A stretch of 64,000 nt of DNA, from positions 7,843 through 71,842 of the forward strand of contig PMKN01000014.1 of NCBI GenBank assembly GCA_003158675.1, given 5' to 3'. The notes under the pieces were generated by a model. That model did no database searches, was not told the origin of the DNA, and saw nothing but the letters and a program-made list of their open reading frames with translations. Position numbers and translations under genes: made by a program. Source of the stretch: Chloroflexota bacterium. Its GTDB lineage: Bacteria; Chloroflexota; Limnocylindria; Limnocylindrales; CSP1-4. Of this stretch, positions 6,852-15,836 are shown in pieces. The first letter of the stretch is position 1, and each line of letters opens with the position of its first letter.

Positions 6852-9800
6852 GGCGCGAAGTAGCCGGTGACGTCGAAGATGACGTCCGCTCTGGCTCCGA
6901 CCGTGCCGACGAATGTGACCCACACCGTTCCCGCGGGGTTCAGGGCGACGGTGAGCGCGTTGGCCCGGTTGTCACCCAGCGGGAAATTCAGCATAGACGT
7001 GCTCGGCGTGCCACCCGGATTCTGAGGCGTCAGGGCCAGGTAGCCCTTCGAGCTCTGGCTCGTCACGGTCAGGTTGGCGGTCACCGCAACGGCGCCCGAC
7101 GGCACAAGGAGGTTCGGGTCGGACGAGCGCCCGACCACGGTGAAGGTGGCCGGCATCCTCGAGGTGAGAGACGAGCTCAACCCGATCCTCGCTGCGGCTC
7201 GCGAATCCACCAACCGGTTGGGCGTGAGAGCCACATAGCTCGCGCCCGTGCTGTTGGGCACGAAGTAGCCCGTGACGTCGAAGATCACGTCCGCCGTGGC
7301 GCCCGCGGTGCCCACGAAAGTCACCCACAAGTTCCCGCCACCGAGCGGGATCGTGAGGGCGTTGGCCCGGTTATCGCCCTTGGGGAAGTTGAGTGTGGAG
7401 GTGCTTGGCGTGCCACCCGGATTCTGAGGCGTCAGGGCGAGGTAGCCCTTCGAGCTCTGGCTCGTCACGGTCAGGTTGGCGGTCACTGCGATGGCGTTGG
7501 CCGGCACATTGCGGCTCGCGTCGCTCGTCCAGCGGTCCGTCACCTTGAACGACGCAGGAACGCCAGAGCGCAGCGAGGCGCTCAATCCCAGCCGCGTGCC
7601 GGCTCGCGAGTCGACCAGGCGGTTGGGAATCAGCGGGATGTATGTGGCGCCCGCGAGAGGCGTCGCCGCGACGGAGGCGGCCGGCCCCGTGCTAGAGGCA
7701 TTGGTAGCGGCAACGCTGAAGGTGTAGGTGGTGTGGTTCGTCAGGCCACTCATGGTGCACGTCATGGCAAGGGTCATTGCGCATCCGGTGGCGGGCGGCG
7801 ACGAGGTAACTGTGTAGCCCTGTATGGCCGTGCCGCCGTCCGACGCGGGCGCTGCCCATGTGACCACCGCGCTCGTGTTGGACGCGATTGCGACCAGCGA
7901 GGTGGGTGCGCCCGGTCCCGGGCCCGGGGTCACCGAATTGGAGGGATCCGATGCCGGCCCGGCGCCGGCGGAGTTCGTGGCCGTCACCGTGAACGTGTAT
8001 GCGGTCCCGTTCGCGAGCCCAGTGACGGTGCAGCCGATCGAGCCCCCGGTGGTGCAGGTGGCGCCGTCCGGGGAGCTCGTCACGGTGTAGCCGCCTATCG
8101 CCGCTCCGCCGTCACTGGCGGGCGCCGCCCAGGTCACCGCCGCGGAGGCGTCGCCTGCGGTGGCGACCACGGCGGTCGGGGCGCCCGGTGGGGTCGGAGG
8201 TGGTGGAGGGGCCGCGACGACGAGTGTCAGCGATTGGCTCGCGGCGGGCGCGATGCCGTTTCCGGCGGTCACCACGAAGGGGTATGTGCCCGGCGTCGCC
8301 GGGGTCCCGGAGAGATGCCCGGTAGGGGAGAGGGTCACTCCGGAGGGCAGCGAACCTGACGAAACCGCGAAGGTCGGAGCCGGAACCACAGCCGTCGCGA
8401 GAGCGATGTCGGTTGCGTAGGCGCCGCCGGGCACGGCCGCGGGAATGGAGGTCGTGGCGAACAGAGGGACGGTCTGGCCGTCGGCGTTGCCGCCCCAGCA
8501 CGCCACACCCGAACCGAGATAGGCGCAGCCGTTCGAGGTACCGCGGGCCACGCGCGCCGCCGCTGTTCCGGGGCCGGAGTTCTGGCCCTGGCCGTTGTCG
8601 CCCCAGCATTGCACCGACCCGGCCAGCCCGAGGGCGCACGAGCCGTTGCCGCCGGCCGCGATGTCTATGAACGAGCCGGACGGGTTGTTTCGCTGAGCCT
8701 GGCTGTTGTCGCCCCAGCACGCGATCGTCGCGGCGGATGTCAGGGCGCAGGTGTGGTTCTGTCCCGCGGCCACCGCGATGTACGAACCGGCCGGCGCCGA
8801 AGCCTGGCCGTGGCCGTTGTCGCCCCAGCATTGCAGGGCCTTGGTCGAGTCGATGGCGCAGGCGTGCAAGCCGCCGACCGCGACGGCGCTGTAGGTTCCC
8901 GCGGGCGGGCTCGTCACCCCGTGGCTGTTGTCGCCCCAGCAATGGAGCGCCCCGCTCGTGTCGATGGCGCAGGAGTTCACGCTGCCCGCACTGACGGTGA
9001 CGTATGAGCCGGCCGGCGGGCTGCTCTCGCCGTGGCCGTTGCCGCCCCAGCAGTGGAGCGTTCCGGCGGTGTCGATCGCGCAGCTGTGCGAGTCGCCGGT
9101 GCTCAGCGCGGCGTACGTTCCGGCGGGCGCACTGGCCTCGCCTGCGCCGTTGTAGCCCCAGCACGACAGAGTTCCGTCGCTCGTGATGGCGCAGCTGGTC
9201 CGAGTGCCGGCGCCCACGTCCAGCACGTCCGGGGCCAGGGCAGCCGTGCCGTTCGGAGTTCCGAGACCCGTCGGGCCGTCGTAGCCGGCCGCGGCGGTGC
9301 ACAGATAGCTGCCACCGCACGTGCCGTCGCTGCCGGAGGTCACGTCCCAAAGGTTGGCGGCCCGGGAATACAGCAGCCGGCTCGGGTAGGAGCCCGCCGC
9401 CGGATTTCCAGCCAGCACCGCGGCGGCGGCAACGATGGGTGTGGATGCGCTCGTGCCTCCGTAGATATTCCAGCCGCCGTGGTTGGGGTCGTAGACGTCG
9501 ACGCCGGTGCTCGGGTCGGCGACTGCGGATATGTCGGCCGTGGTCTTGTCAACGCAGCCCGAATCGGTCTGCCAGTAGGGTTTGGGCTCATAGGCCGAAC
9601 AGCCGCTGCCCGTGCCCTGAGTCGGGCTGTTCGACCAAACGGTTTCCGTCCAGCCACGAGCGTTGCCGGCATGTTGGAGCGAGGTTCCGCCCACGGCCAC
9701 CACATATGGGGACGCGGCGGGATAGGCCACGCCCGCTTGATAGCCCAGGTCGCCCGTGGCGGCCGTGACGACCACGCCGGGGTGGTTGTAGAGCGGGTCC

Positions 9801-10510
9801 TGCAACGCGGTTTCGCCGGAGAACTCTACGGCGGTGTAGCTGTTCGAGACCGCCACGGCGCCTAGCCTGACCGCCGTATCCGCGCCTGTCGCCAGGCTGC
9901 TGCTGATGGCATTGTCGGCCTCGACCAGCAGGATCCTGCAGTCGGGGCAAACGGCGGAGACCATGTCCAGGTCCAGCTCCATCTCGCTGTCCCAACCAAG
10001 GCCGACGCTGGTAACCGGATAGGTCTTCCCGCCCCGCTGATCCACTCTACGGAAGCAGCCGCTGGCTGCCGAACAGGCCGGCAGACCGAAGGTGGAGCGG
10101 TAAGTTGCCATGTCCGCTTCCGCGGTGGCGAGGTCGAACGCGTCCACGATGGCCACGGTGCGGCCGTTACCGCCGCTCGCCGGAAGGCCGTAGGCGGACC
10201 TCAGGTCCGCCGGACCGTAGCCGCCTGGCACCAGCTCGGGCACGGCGCTGCCATCGGCCGTCGTCACGGACCGCAGCGCCGGCCTGGCGCCCGCGTCGGT
10301 GCGGCGGAGCGAGGCGCACCTGGCGAACGGGGCGGGAACCGGTGCGCACACGGCCTCATACGTCGGCGCGATCGCCGGGGTCGTCGTTGTGGCCGGGTCC
10401 GAGGCTCCGGCCACGGACGGGGAAGCGACCAGAGAGAGGCAGGCTACCAGCACTGCAAGCACCGATCGGCCACGGCCGCGCCATCGGGGATCTCGGGAAC
10501 GTCGTGGCAT
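6848..10510 (-). CDS. Secreted multidomain protein: sedolisin (S53)-type peptidase + 7 RCC1-like repeats + Ig-like + 2x FN3 + 2x 134-aa uncharacterised C-terminal domain
   Basis: Track ORF 6848..10741 trimmed to ATG 10510 (MPRRSRDPRWRGRGRSVLAVLVACLSLVASPSVAGA signal peptide).
- S53 blocks: DSEMELDLDMVSAV and YGGTSASTPIVAAAA.
- RCC1-like: CWG(D/G)N repeats every 37 aa.
- Ig-like: PSGVTLSPTGHLSGTPATPGTYPF.
- FN3: two W-A-A-P-ASDGG...Y-T-V-T / Y-T-F-x-V-x-A-T-N units. Confidence 0.85.
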   Translation of the reverse strand: MPRRSRDPRWRGRGRSVLAVLVACLSLVASPSVAGASDPATTTTPAIAPTYEAVCAPVPAPFARCASLRRTDAGARPALRSVTTADGSAVPELVPGGYGPADLRSAYGLPASGGNGRTVAIVDAFDLATAEADMATYRSTFGLPACSAASGCFRRVDQRGGKTYPVTSVGLGWDSEMELDLDMVSAVCPDCRILLVEADNAISSSLATGADTAVRLGAVAVSNSYTAVEFSGETALQDPLYNHPGVVVTAATGDLGYQAGVAYPAASPYVVAVGGTSLQHAGNARGWTETVWSNSPTQGTGSGCSAYEPKPYWQTDSGCVDKTTADISAVADPSTGVDVYDPNHGGWNIYGGTSASTPIVAAAAVLAGNPAAGSYPSRLLYSRAANLWDVTSGSDGTCGGSYLCTAAAGYDGPTGLGTPNGTAALAPDVLDVGAGTRTSCAITSDGTLSCWGYNGAGEASAPAGTYAALSTGDSHSCAIDTAGTLHCWGGNGHGESSPPAGSYVTVSAGSVNSCAIDTSGALHCWGDNSHGVTSPPAGTYSAVAVGGLHACAIDSTKALQCWGDNGHGQASAPAGSYIAVAAGQNHTCALTSAATIACWGDNSQAQRNNPSGSFIDIAAGGNGSCALGLAGSVQCWGDNGQGQNSGPGTAAARVARGTSNGCAYLGSGVACWGGNADGQTVPLFATTSIPAAVPGGAYATDIALATAVVPAPTFAVSSGSLPSGVTLSPTGHLSGTPATPGTYPFVVTAGNGIAPAASQSLTLVVAAPPPPPTPPGAPTAVVATAGDASAAVTWAAPASDGGAAIGGYTVTSSPDGATCTTGGSIGCTVTGLANGTAYTFTVTATNSAGAGPASDPSNSVTPGPGPGAPTSLVAIASNTSAVVTWAAPASDGGTAIQGYTVTSSPPATGCAMTLAMTCTMSGLTNHTTYTFSVAATNASSTGPAASVAATPLAGATYIPLIPNRLVDSRAGTRLGLSASLRSGVPASFKVTDRWTSDASRNVPANAIAVTANLTVTSQSSKGYLALTPQNPGGTPSTSTLNFPKGDNRANALTIPLGGGNLWVTFVGTAGATADVIFDVTGYFVPNSTGASYVALTPNRLVDSRAAARIGLSSSLTSRMPATFTVVGRSSDPNLLVPSGAVAVTANLTVTSQSSKGYLALTPQNPGGTPSTSMLNFPLGDNRANALTVALNPAGTVWVTFVGTVGARADVIFDVTGYFAP
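6957..7486 (-). repeat. Intragenic direct duplication: 128-bp blocks 6957..7084 and 7359..7486, offset 402 bp (134 codons)
   Basis: Read by eye. GGCGTGCCACCCGGATTCTGAGGCGTCAGGGC[C/G]AGGTAGCCCTTCGAGCTCTGGCTCGTCACGGTCAGGTTGGCGGTCAC is identical in both copies except for one base. The flanks are more diverged. Confidence 0.85.
8440..9260 (-). repeat. In-frame tandem repeat, strict 111-bp (37-codon) period, 7 units (RCC1-like propeller blades)
   Basis: The core CCCCAGCA (antisense of the CWG codons) recurs at 8493, 8601, 8712, 8823, 8934, 9045 and 9156. Spacings are 108, 111, 111, 111, 111 and 111 nt. Confidence 0.85.
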
Positions 10511-10673
10511 CTTCTGCCCCAGCTGCGATGGATAACGGTAGGAGCGGCCCCCATCATGCCCCAAGATGTCGAGCCTGCGCCAATTCTGCGCTTGCGCCGG
10601 CCGGCTCCCGGGCGAATGGCCGGCGGGCCGCGCGTCGCCAAGTGCCACGTCGCTCGCCGAGGGCGGCGGCCCC

Positions 10674-12362
10674 TCAGGCCACGTCGCGTCGCCGCATGCC
10701 CCATGCGCCGAGGACCAAGCCCGCCACTGCGAGCACCCCACAAGCCACCACCCCTGCCGGGTCCCACTGGCCGACCATCGTCTGCCCGAGATGCGAGGTG
10801 AGTGCCAGCTGATGGAACCAATCGGGCAGATTGAGCGGCGGAGCCAGGAAGTCGATCATGAACGTGGCGATGACGAAGACGGCCGTGATCTCGCCCGCGA
10901 TGGTGTTTCGGAACAGGCCGCCCACAGCCATCCCGATGCCCGCGGCCGCTGCGGCATAGAGCCCGATGATCAGCGCCCCGGCCACCGGCGTGAGCACATC
11001 GCCGCCCGCCGCTGCGATCCCGATCGTCACCCCGAGCATCGCCACGCAGGTCATCACGGCGATGGCGCAGTACAGCCCGATCCCGCCCGAGACTGCCCAC
11101 CGGGCCCGACCCAGCGGGCTCGCCAGAAGTAGCTCCAGGCGCCGGCCGTTCTCGTCTGACGCCCAGCCGGAGACGAGCACGGCCGCGGCCAGGCCCGCCA
11201 CCACATAGCCGATGTATGCGTAGAGCAGCTGCAGGAAGCCACCGCCGCTCGTGATGTCATAGCCCTTGAACACCGTGGTGAGCAGCTTCGCCGTGTCGGG
11301 CGAGTTGGCCAGCGTGTCGGCGAAGGACTTGCTGGACCCCGCGATCAACGCCGCGAAGAAGCCTAGCCCAAGGCCCCAGGCCAGTGCCTGTGGCAACCGC
11401 TCGCCAAAGGAGCGACCGGTGGGGCCGCGCACTCCCAGGATGGCGCCGGGCATGGCCGGGATGGGAATGGCGCTCGTCGAGCCCAGGTCGCGCCGGTCGA
11501 AGGCCACGATGCCGACTGCGAACAGGACCGCGGCCACGACCGCGACGGGTATGAGCGAAACCCAGTCGTACTGACCGGCAAGCGGCAGGTGGCTCGAGGT
11601 CCAGTAGAACCACGACAGCGTTGCCGGCGCCCTGAGGAACGGCACGGAGGTCGAGTAGCCGCTGACCATGTATCCGCCGATCAACAGCGCTCCGGCTACA
11701 CCGGCGCCGCTGGCCCGCCCGACGAAAGGCGCCAGGGCCCAGGCCACCGAACCGGACGCCAGGCCGATCAGGGCGACCCACAGCGCGAAGCCCACGGCCG
11801 CCGAGACCGGCAGGCCGTCGCCCGGCACGTCGCCGAGGCTCTGGGTCCCGACGTAGGCAACCACCGCCAGGAAGGCGCAGGCGGCGATCATGCCGGTCAG
11901 ATGCGCGGCCAGCTTCTCGATCGCGATGCGGCGCTTTCCAAATGGCGCCGCGGCGACCATGTCGAGGCTGCCACGGCTCGCTTCAGTGGCCAGAGTTCCG
12001 GACAGCGCCACGATCGACCACAGGCCGGCGATCAATGCGAAGAACGGGCCGTACTTCCACGACAGGTATCCGCCCAACGTTCCGATATTGACGGGGTTGC
12101 TCGTCAGGCCCTTGAGCGCGTCGGGCATGGCGTTCACGAAATTGGCCATGTCCACGCGCGAGGCGGGAGTGGGGAAGCCCGTCGTGATGGCGGTGATGCC
12201 CGCCAGCATGACCCCGGCCATGAGCCCCGCGACGATCAGGAAGGCCAGCCGCGAGTCGCGCATGGTCTTGGCGTAAATGCTGCCGAAGCCGTACAGGCGG
12301 CTCAACGTGGAAACGGGTGCGACCTGGCCCATTGGCGGACTGCCGGCCTGGGCGGCCATCAC
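10674..12362 (-). CDS. ABC-2 type exporter permease (about 12 TM helices)
   Basis: Track ORF 10674..12362. Hydrophobic throughout, with an ABC-2-like N-terminus SRLYGFGSIYAKTMRDSRLAFLIV. The start overlaps the stop of the upstream ATPase (GTGATG at 12357-12362). Confidence 0.8.
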   Translation of the reverse strand: MMAAQAGSPPMGQVAPVSTLSRLYGFGSIYAKTMRDSRLAFLIVAGLMAGVMLAGITAITTGFPTPASRVDMANFVNAMPDALKGLTSNPVNIGTLGGYLSWKYGPFFALIAGLWSIVALSGTLATEASRGSLDMVAAAPFGKRRIAIEKLAAHLTGMIAACAFLAVVAYVGTQSLGDVPGDGLPVSAAVGFALWVALIGLASGSVAWALAPFVGRASGAGVAGALLIGGYMVSGYSTSVPFLRAPATLSWFYWTSSHLPLAGQYDWVSLIPVAVVAAVLFAVGIVAFDRRDLGSTSAIPIPAMPGAILGVRGPTGRSFGERLPQALAWGLGLGFFAALIAGSSKSFADTLANSPDTAKLLTTVFKGYDITSGGGFLQLLYAYIGYVVAGLAAAVLVSGWASDENGRRLELLLASPLGRARWAVSGGIGLYCAIAVMTCVAMLGVTIGIAAAGGDVLTPVAGALIIGLYAAAAAGIGMAVGGLFRNTIAGEITAVFVIATFMIDFLAPPLNLPDWFHQLALTSHLGQTMVGQWDPAGVVACGVLAVAGLVLGAWGMRRRDVA

Positions 12363-13276
12363 TTCACCTCGCTCGCGGGAGCCCCAGCGGACTCACGACC
12401 GTACTGGGCCAGGAACGTTTCTTCGAGGCTGGGTTCGCGGCTGAGGAAGTCGGTGACGCTCAGGCGAGCCGCCGCCTGCACGACTGGCGTGATCGGGCCG
12501 AGGACCCGCAGACGGATCACGTGGTCCTCGACCTGGAGGTCGCTCACGCCGGCGATCTTCTCGAACTCGCCCGTCGGCGGGTCGCCGGCGAATCGCAGCT
12601 CCACCTGGTGGTGGGCCAGGTCCCGCAGCGCGTCGACGCGATCGACACGGACGATGCGGCCCTCGCGAATGATGGCCACGCGATCGCAGCTCCGCTCGAC
12701 CTCACTCAGGATGTGGCTCGACAGGAAGACCGTGCCGCCGTCCTTGACCGACTCGCGCATCAATTCGAAGAAGGTCTGCTGCACCAGCGGATCCAGGCCC
12801 GAGGTCGGCTCGTCGAGCAGGAGCAGCTCCGGCCGGTGCTGCAACGCCGCTACCAGCCCGACTTTCTGCTTGTTGCCCTTCGAGTACTCGCGGAACCGCC
12901 GGCTGGGGTCAAGGTCGAAACGCTCGATCAGCCTGGCCTGGTAGGCTCGGTCGACGCCTCCGCGCAGGTTGCCGAAGTACTCGAGCGTCTGCCCACCGGT
13001 CAGCCGGTCGTACAGCGCGAACTCGCCGGGCAGGTAGCCGAGCCGCCGGTGGATCGCCGTCGGATCGGCCGCGGACTCGATCTCGAACACGAACGCCTTG
13101 CCGCCGGTCGGTCGGATCAGGTCGAGCAGGAGGCGGATCGTCGTCGTCTTGCCCGCCCCGTTGGGCCCCAGGAAGCCGAAGACCTCGCCCTTCTGCACCT
13201 CCAGGTCTACGTCCGCGATTCCTCGATGCGAGCCGTAGACCTTGGTGAGCTTCTCGGTCCGAATCACGGCGGGCAT
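12359..13276 (-). CDS. ABC transporter ATP-binding protein
   Basis: Walker A GPNGAGKTT, signature YSKGNKQKV, Walker B LLLLDEPTSGLD and H-loop FLSSHIL. ATG 13276 is preceded by GGAGAGAG. The track ORF begins 15 codons further upstream. Confidence 0.92.
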   Translation of the reverse strand: MPAVIRTEKLTKVYGSHRGIADVDLEVQKGEVFGFLGPNGAGKTTTIRLLLDLIRPTGGKAFVFEIESAADPTAIHRRLGYLPGEFALYDRLTGGQTLEYFGNLRGGVDRAYQARLIERFDLDPSRRFREYSKGNKQKVGLVAALQHRPELLLLDEPTSGLDPLVQQTFFELMRESVKDGGTVFLSSHILSEVERSCDRVAIIREGRIVRVDRVDALRDLAHHQVELRFAGDPPTGEFEKIAGVSDLQVEDHVIRLRVLGPITPVVQAAARLSVTDFLSREPSLEETFLAQYGRESAGAPASEVK

Positions 13277-13382
13277 TGGCTCTCTCCAAACGGCGACTCG
13301 ACAGCCGAATTGTCGTCCCATTGGAGCATTCGGTCCAACGCGCGGGTCCCTCTTCCCGGTCGCCGGACCATGGCAGCCGTCG

Positions 13383-14537
13383 CTAGCTGTGAGTGGCCGC
13401 CTGACCCGAATCGGTGAAGTCGCCGCCTTCGACCGGGATGAACTGCCAGCTGTAGCTGTGGAGTTCGAGGGTCAGTTTCAGCACCCCGAAGGTCGCGTCG
13501 TTGCGGATCTCGGAGTTGGCTCGGATCGTGGCCACGGTTGTGTGGTTGGCCCCGCCCGTCCCGACGACAAACTCGCGGATGCCGTTCGGATCGGCCGCGC
13601 CGGTCGACGACTGCTGGGCGAACCGCTCGTAGATGTGGTCGTGGCCGCACAGAACGAGATCGGCATGCGCGGTGTAGAGATCGTCCCACCAGGCCTGGTA
13701 AACGGTCGAGTTGCCGTGCTGGCCCGAGCTGAACTCGGGGATATGCCACATCGCCAGGATGTGTTTGCCGGGATTCGCAGCGAGATCCGTCTTGAGCCAC
13801 GTCTCCTCTGCCGATCCGGCGTCGCAGCCGCCGACTTCGCTGCAGATGGCGTTCAGCACGACCACGTGCCAGTTGGCGGCCAGGTTGTAGCTGTAGAAGC
13901 CGCTGCCCGCGGCCCCCGCGGCAGACCCGAAGTACGCGTAGTAAGGCGCACCGTCCGCGGTCATCATGTCGTGGTTGCCTACAGTCGGGCTTGTCCGGGT
14001 CCTGAACGCCCCCCAGGTCGGTTCGTAGCAGTTGGCGTACTGATCGGCCGTCCCTGAATCGTTGGAGTTGTCGCCGAGAGTGAAGACCCGGGTGCTCGAG
14101 ATGGCGCTCACGAGCGCGGCCGTCTTCGCAGCGTCGGCGATGGTGTCCACCCGACAGATATCGCCGGCGCCCACGAGCACCGCGCTCGGCGACGGGGTGG
14201 GCTTCGGAGTTGGCCTGGGGGTTGGCCTGGGGGTTGGCTTGCGGGTGGGGGTGGGCGCCTGAGTTGGTCTGGGCGTCGGAGTGGGCGCCGGCGTCGGAGT
14301 CGCGGTGGGGCTGGAGGTCGCCGCAGGAGTCGCGCTGCCGCTCTCCGGCGCGCCAGCGGTGGGAGTCGCAACGTCCGTGGAGGAGAGGGTCGGCGATGAC
14401 TGCGCGATGACTGCAGTGGGCGTCGGCAAGGTTCCGCCCGAGCCCGGCCGCGCACCCCATGCGACCAGCGCAGCCGAGGCGACCATGACGCCTACGGCTG
14501 TTACGAACAACCCGATTGCCCGGCGCTTTCTAACCAT
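13383..14537 (-). CDS. Secreted calcineurin-like metallophosphoesterase with Pro/Thr-rich linker
   Basis: Signal/TM MVRKRRAIGLFVTAVGVMVASAAL and a PT linker (PTPAPTPTPRPTQAPTPTRKPTPRPTPRPTPKPTP). Metallophosphatase blocks GDICR, GDNSN, GNHD and GHDHIYER. Confidence 0.85.
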   Translation of the reverse strand: MVRKRRAIGLFVTAVGVMVASAALVAWGARPGSGGTLPTPTAVIAQSSPTLSSTDVATPTAGAPESGSATPAATSSPTATPTPAPTPTPRPTQAPTPTRKPTPRPTPRPTPKPTPSPSAVLVGAGDICRVDTIADAAKTAALVSAISSTRVFTLGDNSNDSGTADQYANCYEPTWGAFRTRTSPTVGNHDMMTADGAPYYAYFGSAAGAAGSGFYSYNLAANWHVVVLNAICSEVGGCDAGSAEETWLKTDLAANPGKHILAMWHIPEFSSGQHGNSTVYQAWWDDLYTAHADLVLCGHDHIYERFAQQSSTGAADPNGIREFVVGTGGANHTTVATIRANSEIRNDATFGVLKLTLELHSYSWQFIPVEGGDFTDSGQAATHS

Positions 14538-14689
14538 GCGGTCGAGATACTGTCAGCCGCTCCGGTTCCTCGCAAGGCCCAGTGGATGCGCAATGAGTCC
14601 TGTGTCGGCCTCGTCCCCGTGGCTGCTGCCAGCGCGGACCAAGCGACATGGCGCTGCCCGACGCTCAAGGACTATGCTGGAGCGCCCGA

Positions 14690-15517
14690 ATGCTCCTGGG
14701 CAGAATGGCATCGGCTCACCCGCTCTCTCACCTCTGGCGGCTCACGAGGATCGCGGCGTTCCTCGTGCTGGTGCCGCTGCCTGCGCTCGCCGGATGTGGC
14801 GGCCCTGCGAAGTGCAACGCAGGCGACACCGCGTGCCTGCGGATCCTGTTCGTCGGGAACAGCTACACGTTCGCAAACGACTTGCCGGGGACCTTGGCGG
14901 CTCTGGCTCAATCCGGCAGCCACAAGGTCGAAACCGATTCGCTGGCCAGCGGCGGGGCAACGCTGGCCGATCACGTAGCTGATGCCGCCACGGCTGCCAG
15001 GCTGGACGCGGAGAAGTGGAACTTCGTCGTCCTCCAGGAACAAAGCCAGATCCCATCCGTCCAGGCGTCGCGCCAGTACACCATGTACCCTGCCGCCAGA
15101 ACTCTTGCGGGCGAGATCCGGCAGAGGCAGGAGACGCCCCTCTTCTTCATGACCTGGGCTCATCGGGATGGCTGGCCTGAGGATGGCATGCCCGACTACG
15201 TCAGCATGCAGAGTGCCATCCAGAGCGGATACATGGCCATCGCCGGGGAGTTGCACGCGGGGGTCGCGCCGGTCGGGCACACGTGGTCGACGGTTCGGCA
15301 GCAGAGCCCGGGGATCGGCCTGTGGCAGGACGACGGCAGCCATCCATCGATTGCCGGAACGTACCTCGCAGCGTGCGTCTTCTACGCGGCCATCTTCCGC
15401 ACGAGCCCGGCGGGCCTCGGCTATACGGACGGGTTGCCGTCGGGCACGGCCCAGACCCTGCAGAAGGCCGCCGGCGTGGACGTCCTGTCGAACGCGGGCC
15501 AGTGGGGACTGCAATAA
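14690..15517 (+). CDS. SGNH/GDSL-like hydrolase-fold lipoprotein (function uncertain)
   Basis: Track ORF 14648..15517. ATG 14690 has GGAG 8 nt upstream. The signal peptide has lipobox LPALAGC. ILFVGNSYTFANDLP and DGSHPSIAGTYLAA resemble SGNH blocks I and V. Confidence 0.65.
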   Translation: MLLGRMASAHPLSHLWRLTRIAAFLVLVPLPALAGCGGPAKCNAGDTACLRILFVGNSYTFANDLPGTLAALAQSGSHKVETDSLASGGATLADHVADAATAARLDAEKWNFVVLQEQSQIPSVQASRQYTMYPAARTLAGEIRQRQETPLFFMTWAHRDGWPEDGMPDYVSMQSAIQSGYMAIAGELHAGVAPVGHTWSTVRQQSPGIGLWQDDGSHPSIAGTYLAACVFYAAIFRTSPAGLGYTDGLPSGTAQTLQKAAGVDVLSNAGQWGLQ

Positions 15518-15836
15518 GCCGAGAAGCGGCAGCTCGGAACCGGAATCAGCACCTGCACGCCTACCCGCCTGGCGACATCCGCCTGCCAGTGGGTTCGTGT
15601 CTCGAACCAGATTCGTCAGGAAGCAAGATCGGGCGTAGGCTTCGGGCGCTGCCAGCACCGCAGCTTGCGCTCCGCGCGTTGTCATCCTGTTGTGGGACGG
15701 CCGTGTGCTCCGCTGAACCTAGGACGGGAGTTGGATCATCCCCAGGGCAGCGTTCGTCTCCACATACCCGCCGCGCCGATGCGGCATCGCCACATTCACC
15801 CATGACCTTGCGACCGCCGTCGGGGACCGCGAGATC

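Noticed and set aside
8440-9260. Regular 111-bp repeat array that could be taken for a CRISPR-like or satellite array
   Set aside because: The period is an exact multiple of 3 inside a continuous ORF, and the conserved core encodes Cys-Trp-Gly of propeller blades. There is no repeat/spacer structure and no cas genes.
14062-14410. Plus-strand ORFs encoding GLGVGLGVG-type repeats
   Set aside because: They are antisense to the Pro/Thr linker of the metallophosphoesterase. The 12-bp unit GTTGGCCTGGGG at 14209-14232 is the reverse complement of PRPT codons.
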